A stretch of 64,000 nucleotides of DNA, taken from assembly GCF_000143415.4 (NCBI RefSeq), contig NW_003314308.1:881769-945768 (forward strand), in the 5' to 3' direction. Shown piece after piece: positions 47,715-61,400 of this stretch (positions are counted from its first letter, which is position 1; each line of letters begins with the position of its first letter). The position numbers and the translations under genes were made by a program. The notes under the pieces were generated by a model. The model was given only the letters and a program-made list of their open reading frames with translations, was not told the origin of the DNA and ran no database searches. Source of the stretch: Selaginella moellendorffii. Taxonomy: Eukaryota; Plantae; Lycopodiophyta.

Positions 47715-48530
47715 CAGCTCAAGTCACACCATGATAATCAATCAATCCATCATGGATAATGGATTGGAGGTCTTGAAAGCGAGGCTACTCTCAGCCACAT
47801 TCTCTGTGAAACAGAACCTCAAACAAGGCAGGAGCTGCACGCTTAGCTTTCCACCCCCCATCTTGAGCTTGCCACTGCTGCTACTCTTGTTCACTCCTTG
47901 CGCCTTGGCATTGCTTGCGGGAGCCTGGGCTTTCCATGTTTCCGGGACACTAGCCGTGGTAGCTTTCTTCCACTTCTTCACATCCACCATTGCCTTTTCT
48001 TTCTTCTTCTTTTCTTCCTCTGGTTCCAGAGTCATTGCAACCTCGTCAAGCTCCTCTTCCTCGTCAAGAACAGAAGCACGTGTTCTTGATGTTGTCCTTG
48101 CCCTTGATCTTGTTATCTTCCAACTCCTTCAAGTGGAGAAGCTTCTGGCCGCCCGACCCCGTCCTGATGCCTATGAGCAGCTCCAGCAAAGTCCAGGAAA
48201 GTTTCCAGTTTCTTGAAGCCATACCACGCGTGATCCAGTGTAGTGCTCCTGGAAGTCCCCCTTGAGCCTCACCAGAGGATAGTCAGATTTGCATCTTGGG
48301 ATGTTGTCAAGCAGAAAATCTTTTCAGTTGGCTCTCATCTTCGCTGGGAAGTTGACAGTAGTACCCTTTGGCAATGGCTGCTCCCTCCAGAGGAGCCTGT
48401 GCCATCTCCCTCGAGGCTGTCAAGGAGGCTATCTTTGTTGTGGAAGTGAGTACTATACTCCTTACTAAAGATGCTCAAGCTTAACCACAACACTAGTTTT
48501 CTTTCCATACATGGTTTTTTTTTAGTTTTT
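47715..48530 (-). repeat. Module K, a repeated coding-like fragment (other copies at about 31.5-31.9, 39.0-39.75, 40.85-41.15, 56.15-56.86 and 61.65-62.25 kb)
   Basis: Recurring ORFs MTLEPEEEKKKKEKAMVDVKKWKK... and PKGTTVDFPAKM.ANCK.FLLES. No domain recognised. Confidence 0.6.
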
Positions 48531-48556
48531 ATATAGGTTTCAGGTAGCTATTACAC

Positions 48557-48875
48557 AAATTTGCTATGTAGCAACATTTAATTTTCTTAATAGTAGTATT
48601 ATTCTTACTTATTAATCCAAATGATTATAATTATAAACATATTTATAATTTATAAACACAAGATTAATCATATTGCATATCAACCATTAGATGGGAGAAT
48701 AAAAAAGAATATACTAAAAAGTGTTTAAGAAAGTTTATAAATTATAAACAAGTTTATAATTATAAATACAAGATTAATCTAAATGAATAACAACCATTAG
48801 ATGGTAGAATATCTTAGAATATCCAAGGATATTCTAAGTATATTCACTATCATTCCAGTCCCCCTTAAGCAAACC
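48557..48875 (-). mobile_element. HINE-like element, copy 4
   Basis: Short ttgctatgtagcaa hairpin, same body, ending ttaagcaaacc-aaaaa. Confidence 0.6.
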
Positions 48876-51682
48876 AAAAATGGTATGGTTCCAATAGTGG
48901 TATATAAAAGCTAAAAAATATAAGTAACTGAGATAAATTGTTTATACAAAAATATTTGATTATTTTTCTAATTTTAACATTTATTTTCAGATTAATGTTT
49001 GGCATAAATATAGTTGATTTTTATAAATGAAAATTTTAAAAAGTTTATTTACTTTTTACCACTTTTTTGTAACAATCTCCCACATATATGGTTTTTCAGC
49101 CATATATAACATTGATTCTTTCAAAGCATACTTGTAAAATTGGAATTGAAATAAAAAATTTTAGCACTACCATGATATAGTTATAAAATTAGTTTTCCAT
49201 GTTGTTTCTAAGTCCTCACTTCATGAATTCATGATAGAAGTAGAAGAGATAAATAGTTCAATTTGCAATATATTTTGGTGTTGAGTTTATAAGCAACATC
49301 AGAAAAGTATAGAATATAGAAAGTTATAGGCACTTTATTTGTTTTCCTTTCTTTCATTTATTATTATGTTTACTCCACCAAACATATTTGGCTATTTAAG
49401 CTAGGCAAGGATTATTTACTCTTCTCTAAGGCTATAAAGTTTTGGAGAAAATCCAACTTGTGTCCTTACATATCTAACATATTAGTTGTGTTTACAGGTG
49501 TTTTTAATCTGATTTTAGTATTTTGTTGTTTACGTATGCAATATTATTATATATTGCTAAAATTTACCATTGCATCCACTATAATATTTACACAATTTTG
49601 AGATGTTGTAAGCTAAATATATTTAGCTTACAACATGTCAAAATTGCGTGGATATTATAAGGATGGTTATAAAAAAATATTTCTCCACAAATAGTAGTGA
49701 CTCTAATGAGATTGAAAGGGCTATTTAGGGGATTTCATGACTACATTGCAAGTGTTTGTGTTGTCATTAGACTTCCTCAAGAAAATTGAGAGTGAGACAT
49801 TTTAGAGCTTCAAGGCAAGAATAGAGGATGCAATCTAGACATAAAAAATTCTTGAAAAAATGGAAGAGCCAAAAGAGGAGCAAGTATGTGGCAAAAGGGG
49901 GGCTCATATAAAACAAAAGCACTTTATAGGAAAATAGCACTAGTTGCTCATAGTTGTAGAATTCACTTGCCAATAAAGCATACATAGTCGAGCAATAATC
50001 AATATAAATTTTGAGGGGCAAAACGTACTTAAAGCATTTTTAGAATCTCCTACCAATTTTACCTATGCATTAGGAACAATTAAAGGTATTCCCCAATTAC
50101 CAAATAGCATACCAAGTTGATTAAGCAACCTTAAATTGGTTCTATTTATTTATAATGTTGATTCTTTTTAGGATGGCATTTCATGTCCTCGGCACTGAAG
50201 AAAGGTATCTAAATTTTATTTTATTTCTCAAAAACTAAACATTTTAAGAGATGTATTGGCATAAGTGTTGCACAAAGGCTATTCAAGACAAAGATGAGCT
50301 AATAGATAACCCACTCCCTAGTGTAAGTGATTTAATTTTTCATAATATTTTTCACCTATTAACTCTCAACATCTTTTGCTAGGATGAAGAAAATGAGGAA
50401 ACTAATGAAAAGGTATCCTTTTCATAGTATTTATAATTATTTAACTGTTCTTTACGTAGGCTTGGAGTGAATCACATGGCAATTCATGTTTACTATATTT
50501 TCAATATCCTTTCTAGAACCTGAGGAGGGAGAAACTACCATACTATTCCAAAAAATGATAATAATTATGAGGAAATAAAGTATGAAATGATGAATAGTTT
50601 GATTCATTAGCTAGATATATAGATTAATATTGCCAATCTTATCTTACAAATAGAGGTGTACAAAAGGTAGTTTTTAGAGCTCTCAGAAGTGTGTTTTTCT
50701 ATTAGAAGTGGATAAATTATAGAAATGTTTAGAAAATTAAATCAAGGTCTCTCAATGATTGACAATTTGGTGTTACTCAAGTCCAAAGATGAGCTCTCCC
50801 AGGATGAAATCAAGCAAGCATTTGCTCTTGGATGGTGTATTGAATGGGTAAGTTCTTGCATCAATTGGTAAAGATTTTCTAAACAATTTTGGTTTCTGCT
50901 TTTTGCTTTTCCATGCAAAGCTACAAGTTTACTTCCTAGTAATGGATGATATAATGGATGATTCATACAACAGTACGTGAATTTTATTGATGAGCTATGA
51001 TACAATCTTCCTTTGTGATTAGGTGGGTATCATTGCTGTGAATAATGCATTATTGCTTATAAACCATGTACCTAAGATTTTGAGGAAGTATTTCCATAGT
51101 CAGTGGTACTACTTTGATCTCCATGAACTTTTCGATGAGGTGTGTTGATCTGATTACATTGCAAACCAGCCAGGAAGGTTGATTTGTCCAAATACATGAT
51201 GGAAATGTAAGTTTTATTCGATTCCATAAATATCCATAATGTTTGTCTGTGCAACTATCTCAGGATTGTGAAGTTCAAGACAGTGTTTTATTCTTTCTAT
51301 CTTCCGGTAAGCAAGAGTGACATTATAAATCAAGTCATTGAAGTCATATGAGAATACATGTTGCTTGTGTTTGGTATATGTCAGACAAGAGTGACAACTC
51401 CAAGTTTGAATCTGTGAAAAAAATACTACTACAACTGGGAACCTATTTTAAAATTCAGGTCCTTGTGGTTCATTACCTTTGGTTGTTGATGGAATTGGCC
51501 CCTGCAAGATGATTTCTTAGATTGTTATAAACATCCTAACGTTATTAGCAAGGTTGGTTCCTTGCTGTTTTGTCCTTCATATCAAGCTCATTGAATAGTC
51601 CAGGTTGGAACAAATATCCAAGAGCTATTGAACTAGCAGATGCTAGCCAGAAAGCAAGACTAAAGAGCAATTATGGCAAAAA

Positions 51683-51782
51683 NNNNNNNNNNNNNNNNNN
51701 NNNNNNNNNNNNNNNNNNNNNNNNNNNNNNNNNNNNNNNNNNNNNNNNNNNNNNNNNNNNNNNNNNNNNNNNNNNNNNNNNN
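51683..51782. other. Assembly gap (100 N)
   Basis: Run of n. Confidence 1.
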
Positions 51783-52980
51783 TGTAGGTAGCTTTCCTAG
51801 AGTATGAACAAACAAGCTATAGGAGAATTTTGTGTACTATTGATCAAGAAAAGAGTACTCACTTACAAGTTTGTGGTGTTTTGGAGTTTATTACTTTCTG
51901 AATACAGTTTGATTACCTTGCAAAGAGTTCTGTTGTTCTTTCTAGAAAAACATTGCAAGTGCCAAAAGAAGGAGTGCTTCTTTCGCTGCTCCTTGTTTCT
52001 GCCAACTATTATATAAGTTTGTCATTTTGTTTCATCATTAGTATTGTCATATGTGGAGCATTGACGATGATTTAGCTCTAAATATTCTTCACTTTTCTCA
52101 TGCTAAATGTGTCCCCATCAAATCCAACAAAAACTGCATATATCTGCTCATTTGAGGTCTTCTAAATTTTTATTATGACACTTTTGGCCATCACAAGGAT
52201 TGGGTATTTTGGAATATACATACTAACTTCTTGTTCTAGCTATCTTGTTATCATAGGTGTGCTATGTCACCCCAGATGATGGGTTGTGCTATGTCACCCC
52301 AGACGTTAAGCAGGCCATGGATTCCAAGTCCCTCGCCAAGGCCTTCTTCCACGTCTATAGCATCTTCTCCACAAACATCAAGCAAGGTGTCTATGGCAGG
52401 ATCGCGTACGTGTGGAAGAATTTTGGCATCGATTATGTGTCACAAGCTCAGTGGCTAGGGCTGGACACTCCCAATTGAGTATGAGTTCCCAGTAGCATCA
52501 AGCTTACCTGGGCTCAGCAGCCAACGCTGGACATTGGCAACAATCCAGTATGAAGCATCAAGCTCCTATTAGGTGATCCAGATCCTGATTGGGGGAACTC
52601 CTTTCGATCTAGCATCATCCTCCCCCAATCAGGCAGTTGGCTCATTGTTGTAGAATGTGCCTGACACAAACAAGATCGTCCATTACTACATGAGCCTGAC
52701 TTAGTTTTATACAACTTTTTGTCATTAAGCTTTCCATTGATATTGTAACTACAATTTAAGACACAAATTTAAGTTAAAATATGCAGTTATTTTTAGTAGT
52801 CATTATTTCTTACTAGCTTTAAAGTCAGAAGTAAAAAATTTCTTAAGTTGACATTTGCAGTTCCAATTTATGACAAAAATTTTAAGTCGTTTCTAATGGT
52901 TATAAAACAAAAAATATAGTTGTTATGTTTAGTAGTTATTTGTGACTAAATTTTAAGTCAATTATAATAGTTATAAACCA

Positions 52981-53314
52981 AATAAATTGCTATGCATTGC
53001 ATGTAGCAACGCTTGGTTTGCTTAATGGTAGTTTTATTATTACTTATTAATCTAATTGATCAAATAAATTTTATAATTATAAGCATGTTTGTAATTTATA
53101 AACACAAGATTAATCTTATTGCATATCAAGATGATAGAATAAAAAAGAATATACTAGAAAGGGTTTAGGAAAGTTTATAAATTATAAACATGTTTATAAA
53201 TTATAAATACCAGATTAATCTAAATGAATACCAACCGTTAGATGGTAGAATATCCTAGAATATCCAAGCATATTCTAGGTATATTCACTACCAATAGGTT
53301 TGCTTAAGCAAACC
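52981..53314 (-). mobile_element. HINE-like element, copy 5 (present here, absent from paralogous sites)
   Basis: Full structure. The paralogous site at about 44890 reads ttataaaccaaaaaatatgtag with no insert. Confidence 0.75.
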
Positions 53315-53928
53315 AAAAATATGTAGTACGACTAAATTTTAAGTCCAAAAATGAAGCTATAAATATAGTGGTAATTTAAGTCTATGATCAAATATTAAAC
53401 ATCAATTTCTTTAGCCCCAGGCATACCTGATCCATGTGCCCATTAAAGAGTGATTCCAAGAATCACCATCAAAGCAAATTCAACTGTAAAAACCATTGCT
53501 ATGGGCTGTCTCTCTTTTGTGTGTGTCGATAAGGTCACAATACACGATCTTTGACGCCTAAAACGCAATGAAAAGAATTTTCAAAGAACATAAGCTTCCA
53601 GAGTGGAGATTTTGATCAAATTCTTACACACGGAGCATTGCATCGTGGTGAACGACCATTCTCATCTTTGCTCTTCCTCTTAGAATTGAGCCTGAGAGTT
53701 TATCAACGAGCTCCGGTTTTTTTTGGGGAAGAACCAAATGAGCATTATGTGCTAATGAAAGAAAGAGATTTCGAACAGTGATATTGCTTCCATCATGATC
53801 GCAAAAACTGGACATCATAACTTTAAAGCGCTGCAGATAATGCGTCCGTACGAGAATCATTTATATGCACTAAACCTTCATGACCTAAAAAAAAGGTTTC
53901 TCGGAAGCGAATCCGGTAAGCAAGAAAT

Positions 53929-55200
53929 ATGGCTAGCATCATCCGTCGGAGTGTGCCGCCGTCGTCTCCACCTCGTCGGGCGGCGCACAGGAGCGTGCAT
54001 CCGCCTCGTCCAGGGCACAGGAGCACGACACCGCCCAAAACGAGAGTGCCACCTCCAGGTAGCATGCCGCCCCCCAAACCATCGCCAAGGAGGGCGAGAG
54101 GAGCTCCGCCACCTCACAGCAGCGCCCACAGTCAGGCACCTCCACCAGCACCAGCAGAGCAACACCATGGAGCAGCAAAGCAGCACAGCCATGGAAGAGC
54201 ACCACCTCCAAAGCAGGACAGCCATGGAGCACCACCACCTCCACCAACAAGCCATGGAGCAGCAAAGAAGCACCAGCACAGTCCGCCACCAACAAGCCAC
54301 GGAGCAGCAAAGCAGCACCAGCACAGTCCGCCACCGCCACCAGCAAGCCACGGAGCAGCAAAGCAGCACAGCCACGGAGGAGGAGCAAAGCAGCACCCAC
54401 CTCCACCAGCAAAGCAGCATACAGGGCCGCCACCTTCTTCCGGGACAACCACTTGGCGACCAAGGAGGTTTGGGCCGCCGCCACCTCCACCAGCAAAGGA
54501 GCATACAGGGCCGCCACCTTCTTCTGGGACAACCACTTGGTGGCCAAGGCCCGCTCATGACACAGCTGCGACGGTCGAAGGTGCTGCTTGCTCCTCTCTT
54601 GAACGAAGGAATTGAGCTTGTCCCGGAGCTCTGCGTCCTCAATCTTGCTCAAGGGAACGAGATACTCTCGCTGACTGCCGCTGCTGCTGCTGCCACCGCC
54701 AGGAAGATGGCTGCTCCCGACGTAGCGCACCAGGATGTCATTCGCCTTCTTTCTTCTTCCCTTCACGAGTATCCAGATGCCAGTGATGATGGCCACCATA
54801 GCAAGCAGGAAAAGGACGATGCCTGCCACAAGCAGCCCCGGTGTCGCAAACGCTGCCGCTGCTGCTGCTGCTGCTGTTGATGATGATGACGACCCCAGAG
54901 GCGGAGCAATAGACAAGGGGCCAGGCGGAGGCGGCGATGAAAACGTGTGAAAGACAGGCGACCCTGGTTGCCATGTTATCAAATCCCAGCACAAAGGTGC
55001 CCAGTCCTCCACTCGCGAGGCCTCCAGGCGGCTGCCACCTTCGGCTTTTCTCAAGACGAATCCAATCTATGGTGCTGCTACCGATTCGGTTGACGACCGC
55101 CTGACGCCGCCATTGGGACGAGATCCACCAGCAGCGATCCACGGAGTCGACGAGCACAAGAAGGTGCCAAGAGCTTCTCTCCCGGAGGATCCATTCTTGT
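53929..55200 (+). pseudogene. Proline-rich membrane protein gene copy 3, with the TM-coding segment inverted (54564-54980); runs into an N gap
   Basis: Matches copy 2 up to AHDT, then 417 bp are reverse-complemented, then it resumes at aaatcccagc with small indels. Confidence 0.88.
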
Positions 55201-55831
55201 NNNNNNNNNNNNNNNNNNNNNNNNNNNNNNNNNNNNNNNNNNNNNNNNNNNNNNNNNNNNNNNNNNNNNNNNNNNNNNNNNNNNNNNNNNNNNNNNNNNN
55301 NNNNNNNNNNNNNNNNNNNNNNNNNNNNNNNNNNNNNNNNNNNNNNNNNNNNNNNNNNNNNNNNNNNNNNNNNNNNNNNNNNNNNNNNNNNNNNNNNNNN
55401 NNNNNNNNNNNNNNNNNNNNNNNNNNNNNNNNNNNNNNNNNNNNNNNNNNNNNNNNNNNNNNNNNNNNNNNNNNNNNNNNNNNNNNNNNNNNNNNNNNNN
55501 NNNNNNNNNNNNNNNNNNNNNNNNNNNNNNNNNNNNNNNNNNNNNNNNNNNNNNNNNNNNNNNNNNNNNNNNNNNNNNNNNNNNNNNNNNNNNNNNNNNN
55601 NNNNNNNNNNNNNNNNNNNNNNNNNNNNNNNNNNNNNNNNNNNNNNNNNNNNNNNNNNNNNNNNNNNNNNNNNNNNNNNNNNNNNNNNNNNNNNNNNNNN
55701 NNNNNNNNNNNNNNNNNNNNNNNNNNNNNNNNNNNNNNNNNNNNNNNNNNNNNNNNNNNNNNNNNNNNNNNNNNNNNNNNNNNNNNNNNNNNNNNNNNNN
55801 NNNNNNNNNNNNNNNNNNNNNNNNNNNNNNN
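55201..55831. other. Assembly gap (631 N)
   Basis: Run of n. Confidence 1.
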
Positions 55832-56907
55832 TTGAATTAGGAGATTATGATTTGCAAGTCTCAAACAAGGCAACAAGACAACAACTTTTCATTAAGACAA
55901 CAGAGAGATATTGAATTGGGAGATTATATTGCAAGTCTCAAAAAAACACTTTGGACATTTAATTTCCTGTTTTTAAAAATATAAACTTTCAATAACATTT
56001 CTTATCGTAAGTAGTAGTCATAGCAGTCAACGTTAGTCACTATTTCTTTACCAGCTTTATAAGCACATCAATGAATTCATTAGAATGAGCTCATTAGAAC
56101 AGTAATGAGACAGCGTTGACTGATAGTAGTCAGCGTTAGTCCACTGTACTAACGAAAATTCGCAGCTCAAGTCACACCATGATAATCAATCAATCCATCA
56201 TGGATAATGGATTGGAGGTCTTGAAAGCGAGGCTACTCTCAGCCACATTCTTCATGAAACAGAGCCTCAAACAAGGTGGGAGCTGCACGCTTAGCTTTCC
56301 ACCCCCCATCTTGAGCTTGCCACTGCTTCTACTCTTGTTCACTCCTTGCGCCTTGGCATTGCTTGCGGGAGCCTGGGCTTTCCATGTTTCCTGGACACTA
56401 GCCGTGGTAGCTTTCTTCCACTTCTTCACATCCACCATTGCCTTTTCTTTCTTCTTCTTTTCTTCCTCTGGTTCCAGAGTCATTGCAACCTCGTCTCCTC
56501 GTCAAGAACAGAAGCACGTGTTCTTGATGTTGTCCTTGCCCTTGATCTTGTTATCTTCCAACTCCTTCAAGTGGAGAAGCTTCTGGCCACCCGACCCCGT
56601 CCAAATGCCTATGAGCAGCTCCAGCAAAGTCCAGGAAAGTTTCCAGCTTCTTGAAGCCATACCACACTCGTTTGTGAAAGGCTATTAATTGATCGGCGGG
56701 CTTGGCCCCAATTTCTTGATCACGCGTAGCAATGCATCTTGTTTCTACGTATGCATTCTCCGCGAATACGCGACCAATTGGTCCTGATTGGGCAATCCTG
56801 TGGTGATCCAGTGTAGTGCTGCTGGAAGTCCCCCTTGAGCCTCACCAGAGGATAGTCAGATTGCTTAATAGTAGTATTATTCTTACTTATTAATTCAATT
56901 GATTAAA

Positions 56908-57483
56908 TAATAAATTGCTACGCATTGCATGTGACAACGCTTGGTTTGCTTAATGGTATTTTTATTATTACTTATTAATCTAATTGATCAAATAAAGTTT
57001 ATAATTATAAGCATGCTTGTAATTTATAAACACAAGATTAATCTTATTGCATATCAACCGTTAGATGATAGAATAAAAAAGAATATACTAGAAAGGGTTT
57101 GCGATAGTTTAGAAATTATAAACATGTTTATAAATTATAAATACCAGATTAATCTAAATGAATACCAACCGTTAGATGGTAGAATATCCTAACATATCTA
57201 AGCATATTCTAGGTATATTCACTACCATCTCAGTCCCCCTATATGGTTGCTTAAGAAAACCAAAAATTTAAAATTATAGACATATTTATAAAACACAATA
57301 TTAATCTTATTGCAGGTAGAAGAAAAAAGAATATACTAAAAAGTGTTTAAGAAAGTTTATAAATTATAAGATTAATCTAAATAAATAACAACCGTTAGAT
57401 GGTAAAATATTCTAGAATATTCAACCATATTCTATGTTTATTCACTACCATTTCAGTCCCCCTACCATTTGCTTAAGCAAACC
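56908..57483 (-). mobile_element. HINE-like elements, tandem copies 6 and 7
   Basis: Two bodies in a row, ending ggttgcttaagaaaacc (about 57261) and tttgcttaagcaaacc (57483). Confidence 0.65.
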
Positions 57484-57699
57484 AAAGATGGTATGGTTCC
57501 AATGGTGGTATATAAAAGTTAAAAAAAAGTAACTGAGATTAAACTGATTATACAGAAAGATTTGATTATTTTCTAATTCTCAGAATAATTTTTGGCAAAA
57601 TATAGTTGATTTTTATAAATGAAAATTTTAAAAAATTTATTTACTTTTTACCACTTTTTTGTAACAATCTCCCACGCATATGGTTTTTCAGCCATGTAT

Positions 57700-60600
57700 A
57701 ACATTGATTCTTTCAAAGCATACTTATAAAATTGGAAGTGAAATAGACTTTTTTAGTGCTACCATGATATAGTTATAAAATTAGTTTTCCATGTAGTTTT
57801 TAAGTCCTCACTTCATGAGTTCATAGTAGAGGTAGAGGAGAAAAATAATTCAATTTGCAATATTTTTTGGTGTTGGGTTTATAGGCAACATCAGAAAAGT
57901 ATAGAATATAAAATGTTATAGGCACTTTACTTTCTTTCTTTTCTTTCATTTATTATTATGTTTACTCCACCAAAAATATTTGGTTGTTTAAGCTAGGTAA
58001 GAATCATTTACTCTTCTCCAAGGCTATAAAGTTTATGGAGAAAATCCAACTTATGACCTTACATATTTAACATATTAGTTGTGCTTACAGGTGTTTTTTT
58101 TTTCTGATTTTAGTATTTTCTTGTTAAGGATTCTCATGTGAAATATTATTATATATTGCTAAAATTTACCATTGCATCCACTACAATATCCACACAATTT
58201 TAACATGTTGTAAACTAAATAACTGTATAAGGATGGCTATAAATGTTTTCTCCACAAATGATAGTGACCCTAATAAGATTGAAAGGGCTATGTTGGGGGA
58301 TTGCACAATTACATTACAAGTGTTTGTGTGGTTAGAGTGTTATTAGACTTCCTCAAGAAGATTGAGAGTGGGACATTTTAGAGCTTCAAAACAAGAATAG
58401 AGGATACAATCCAAAAATTAAAAAATGTCAAAGAAGCGGTAAAGCCAAAGGAGGAGCAAGTATGTGGCAAAAAGTGGGCTCATAGGCAATAAAAACACTC
58501 TACAAATACAATAGCACTAGTTGCTCATAGTTGTAGAATCCACTTGCCAATAAAGCTCACTAAGTTGCGTGATAACCAAGAAATGCAACACAAACTTCGA
58601 GGGGCAAAAAGTACTCAAAGCATTTTCAGGATTTCCTACCAACTTTACCTATGCATTAGCAACAATTGGAAGTCTTACCAAGCTGATTAAGCAACCCTAA
58701 ATTGGTTCTATTTATTTTACAATGTTGATTCTTTTTAGGATGGCATTTCATGTCCTTGACACTAAAAAAAGGTATCTAAATTTTATTTTATTTCTCAAAA
58801 ACTAGACATTTTAGGAGATGTATTGGCATAAGTGTTGCATAAGGGCTATTCAAGACAAAGATGAGCTAATGAATAACCCACTCCCTAGTGTAAGTGATTT
58901 AATTTTTCATAATATTTTTCACTTATTAACTCTCAACATCTTTTGCTAGATGAAGACAGAGGAAACTAATGAAATGGTATTCTTTTCATAGTATTTATAA
59001 CCATTTAATTGTTCTTTATGTAGGCTTGGAGTGAATCACATGGCAATTCATGTTTACTATATTTTCAATATCCTTTCTAGAACCTAAGGAAGGAGAAACT
59101 ACCATACTATTCTAAAAAATGATAATAATTATGAGGAAATAAAGTATGAAACAATAAATAGTTTGATATATATAGATTAATAATGCCAATCTTATTTTAC
59201 AAATAGGGTGTACAAAAAGTAGTTTTTAAAGCTCTTAGAAGTGTGTTTTTCTTTTAGAAGTGGACAAAACTATAGAAATATTTAGAAAATTAAATCAAGG
59301 TCTCTCAATGATTGACAATTTGGTGTTACTCAAGCCCAAAGATGAGCTCTCCCGAGATGAAATCAAACAAGTGTTTGCTCTTGGATGGTGTATTGAATGG
59401 GTAAATTCTTGCATCAATTAGTAAAGAATTTCTAAATAGTTTTGGTTTCTGCCTTTTGTTTTTCCATGTATAGTTGCAAACTTACTTCTTAATAATGGAT
59501 GATATAATGGATGATTCACATAACAATACGTGAATTTTATTGATGAGCTATGATACAGTCTTCCTTTGTGATTAGGTGGGTATCATTGCTGTGAATAATG
59601 CATTATTGCTTACAAACCATGTACCTAGGATTTTGAGGAAGTATTTCCATGGTCAGTGGTACTACTTTGATCTCCGTGAACTTTTTGATGAGGTGTGTTG
59701 ATCTGATTACATTGCAAACCAGCCAGGAAGGTTGATTTGTCCAAATACATGATGGAAATGTAAGTTTTATTCGATTCCATAAATATCCATAATGTTTGTC
59801 TATGCAACTATCTCAGGATTGTGAAGTTCAAGACAGTGTTTTATTCTTTCTATCTTCCGGCAAGCAAGAGTGACATTATAAATCAAGTTATTGAAGTCAT
59901 ATGAGAATACATGTTGCTTGTGCTTGGTATATGTCAGACAAGAGTGACAACTCCAAGTTTGAATCTGTGAAACAAATACTACTACAAATGGGAACCTATT
60001 TTAAAATTCAGGTCCTTGTGGTTCATTACCTTTGGTTGTTGATGGAATTGGCCCCTGCAAGATGATTTCTTAGATTGTTATAAACATCCTAACGTTATTG
60101 GCAAGGTTGGTTCCTTGCTGTTTTGTCCTTCATGTCAAGCTCATTGAATAGTTCAGGTTGAAACAAATATCCAAGAGCTATTGAACTAGTAGATGCTAGC
60201 CAGAAAGCAAGACTAAAGAGCAATTATGGCAAAAACGACAATGCCTGTGTCAAGGAGGTGAAGAAAGTGTACAATGACTAGGGCCTCACAATGAGTATTT
60301 TGCTTGGGTACTTCTCTCTTTAGCTAGCTGTTAATGTAGGTAGCTTTCTTAGAGTATGAACAAACAAGCTATAGGAGAATTTTGTGTACTATTGATCAAG
60401 AAAAGAGTACTCACTTACAAGTTTGTGGTGTTTTGGAGTTTATTACTTTCTGAATATAGTCTGATTACCTTGCAAGGAGTTCTATTGTTCTTTCTAGAAA
60501 AACATTGCAAGTGCCAAAAGAAGGAGTGCTTCTTTCGCTGCTCCTTGTTTTTGCCAACTATATGAGTTTGTCATTTTGTTTCATCATTAGTATTGTTATA

Positions 60601-61400
60601 TGTGAAGCATTGACGATGATTTAGCTTTAAATATTCTTCACTTTTCTCGTGCTAAATGTGTCCCCATCAAATCCAACAAAGCTGCATATATCTGCTCATT
60701 CGAGGTCCTCTAAATTTTTATTATGACACTTTTGGCCATCACAAGGATCAGGTATTTTGGAATATACATACTAACTTCTTGTTCCAGCTATCTGGTTATC
60801 ATAAGTCATTGATTGAGCTCTTCTTGTTTCATCATGATGTGAGAATTTGTGCTTGTCAATAAAGTGTTTTCCTATACTTTGAAAATCATCCTACAGCTCA
60901 GGAAGGAGCTTCACATCCTCATTCATGGCTGTCCCCAAGTTCTAGGTGAGTGTACGGCTATGGTTCTTTATCTTCCTCTCAGCCGATGCTGTGCTTTGTC
61001 ACCCCAAACGTTAAGCAGGCCATGGATTCCAAGTCCCTCGCCAAGGCCTTCTTCCACGTCCACAACATTTTCTCCACAAACATCAAGCAAGGTGTCTATG
61101 GCAGGATCGCGTATGTGTGGAAGAATTTTGGCATCAATTATGTGTCACAAGCTCAGTGGCCAGGGCTGGACACTCCCAATTGAGTATGAGTTCCCAGTAG
61201 CATCAAGCTTACCTGGGCTCAGCAGCCAGCGTTGGACATTGGATGAAGCATCAAACTCCTACTCAGCAATCCTGATCCTGACTGGGGGAACTCCTTTCGA
61301 TCCAGCATTATTCTCCCCCGATCAGGCAGTTGGCTCATTGTTGTAGAATGTGCCCGACACAAACAAGATTGTCCATTACTTGAGCTCGACTTAGTTTTAA
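57700..61400 (+). pseudogene. Decayed multi-exon gene relic of unknown identity (module X); other copies at about 34.6-38.3 kb (-), 43.3-44.6 kb, 49.2-52.7 kb, older pieces at 25.9-26.6 and 29.0-31.0 kb
   Basis: Repeated exon-like blocks bounded by GT/AG, e.g. [33 protein letters not shown] and CYVTPDVKQAMDSKSLAKAFFHV. Every copy has stops or frameshifts. Confidence 0.45.

Noticed and set aside
55067-55876. 240-269-aa ORFs
   Set aside because: Artefacts of translating the N gap.
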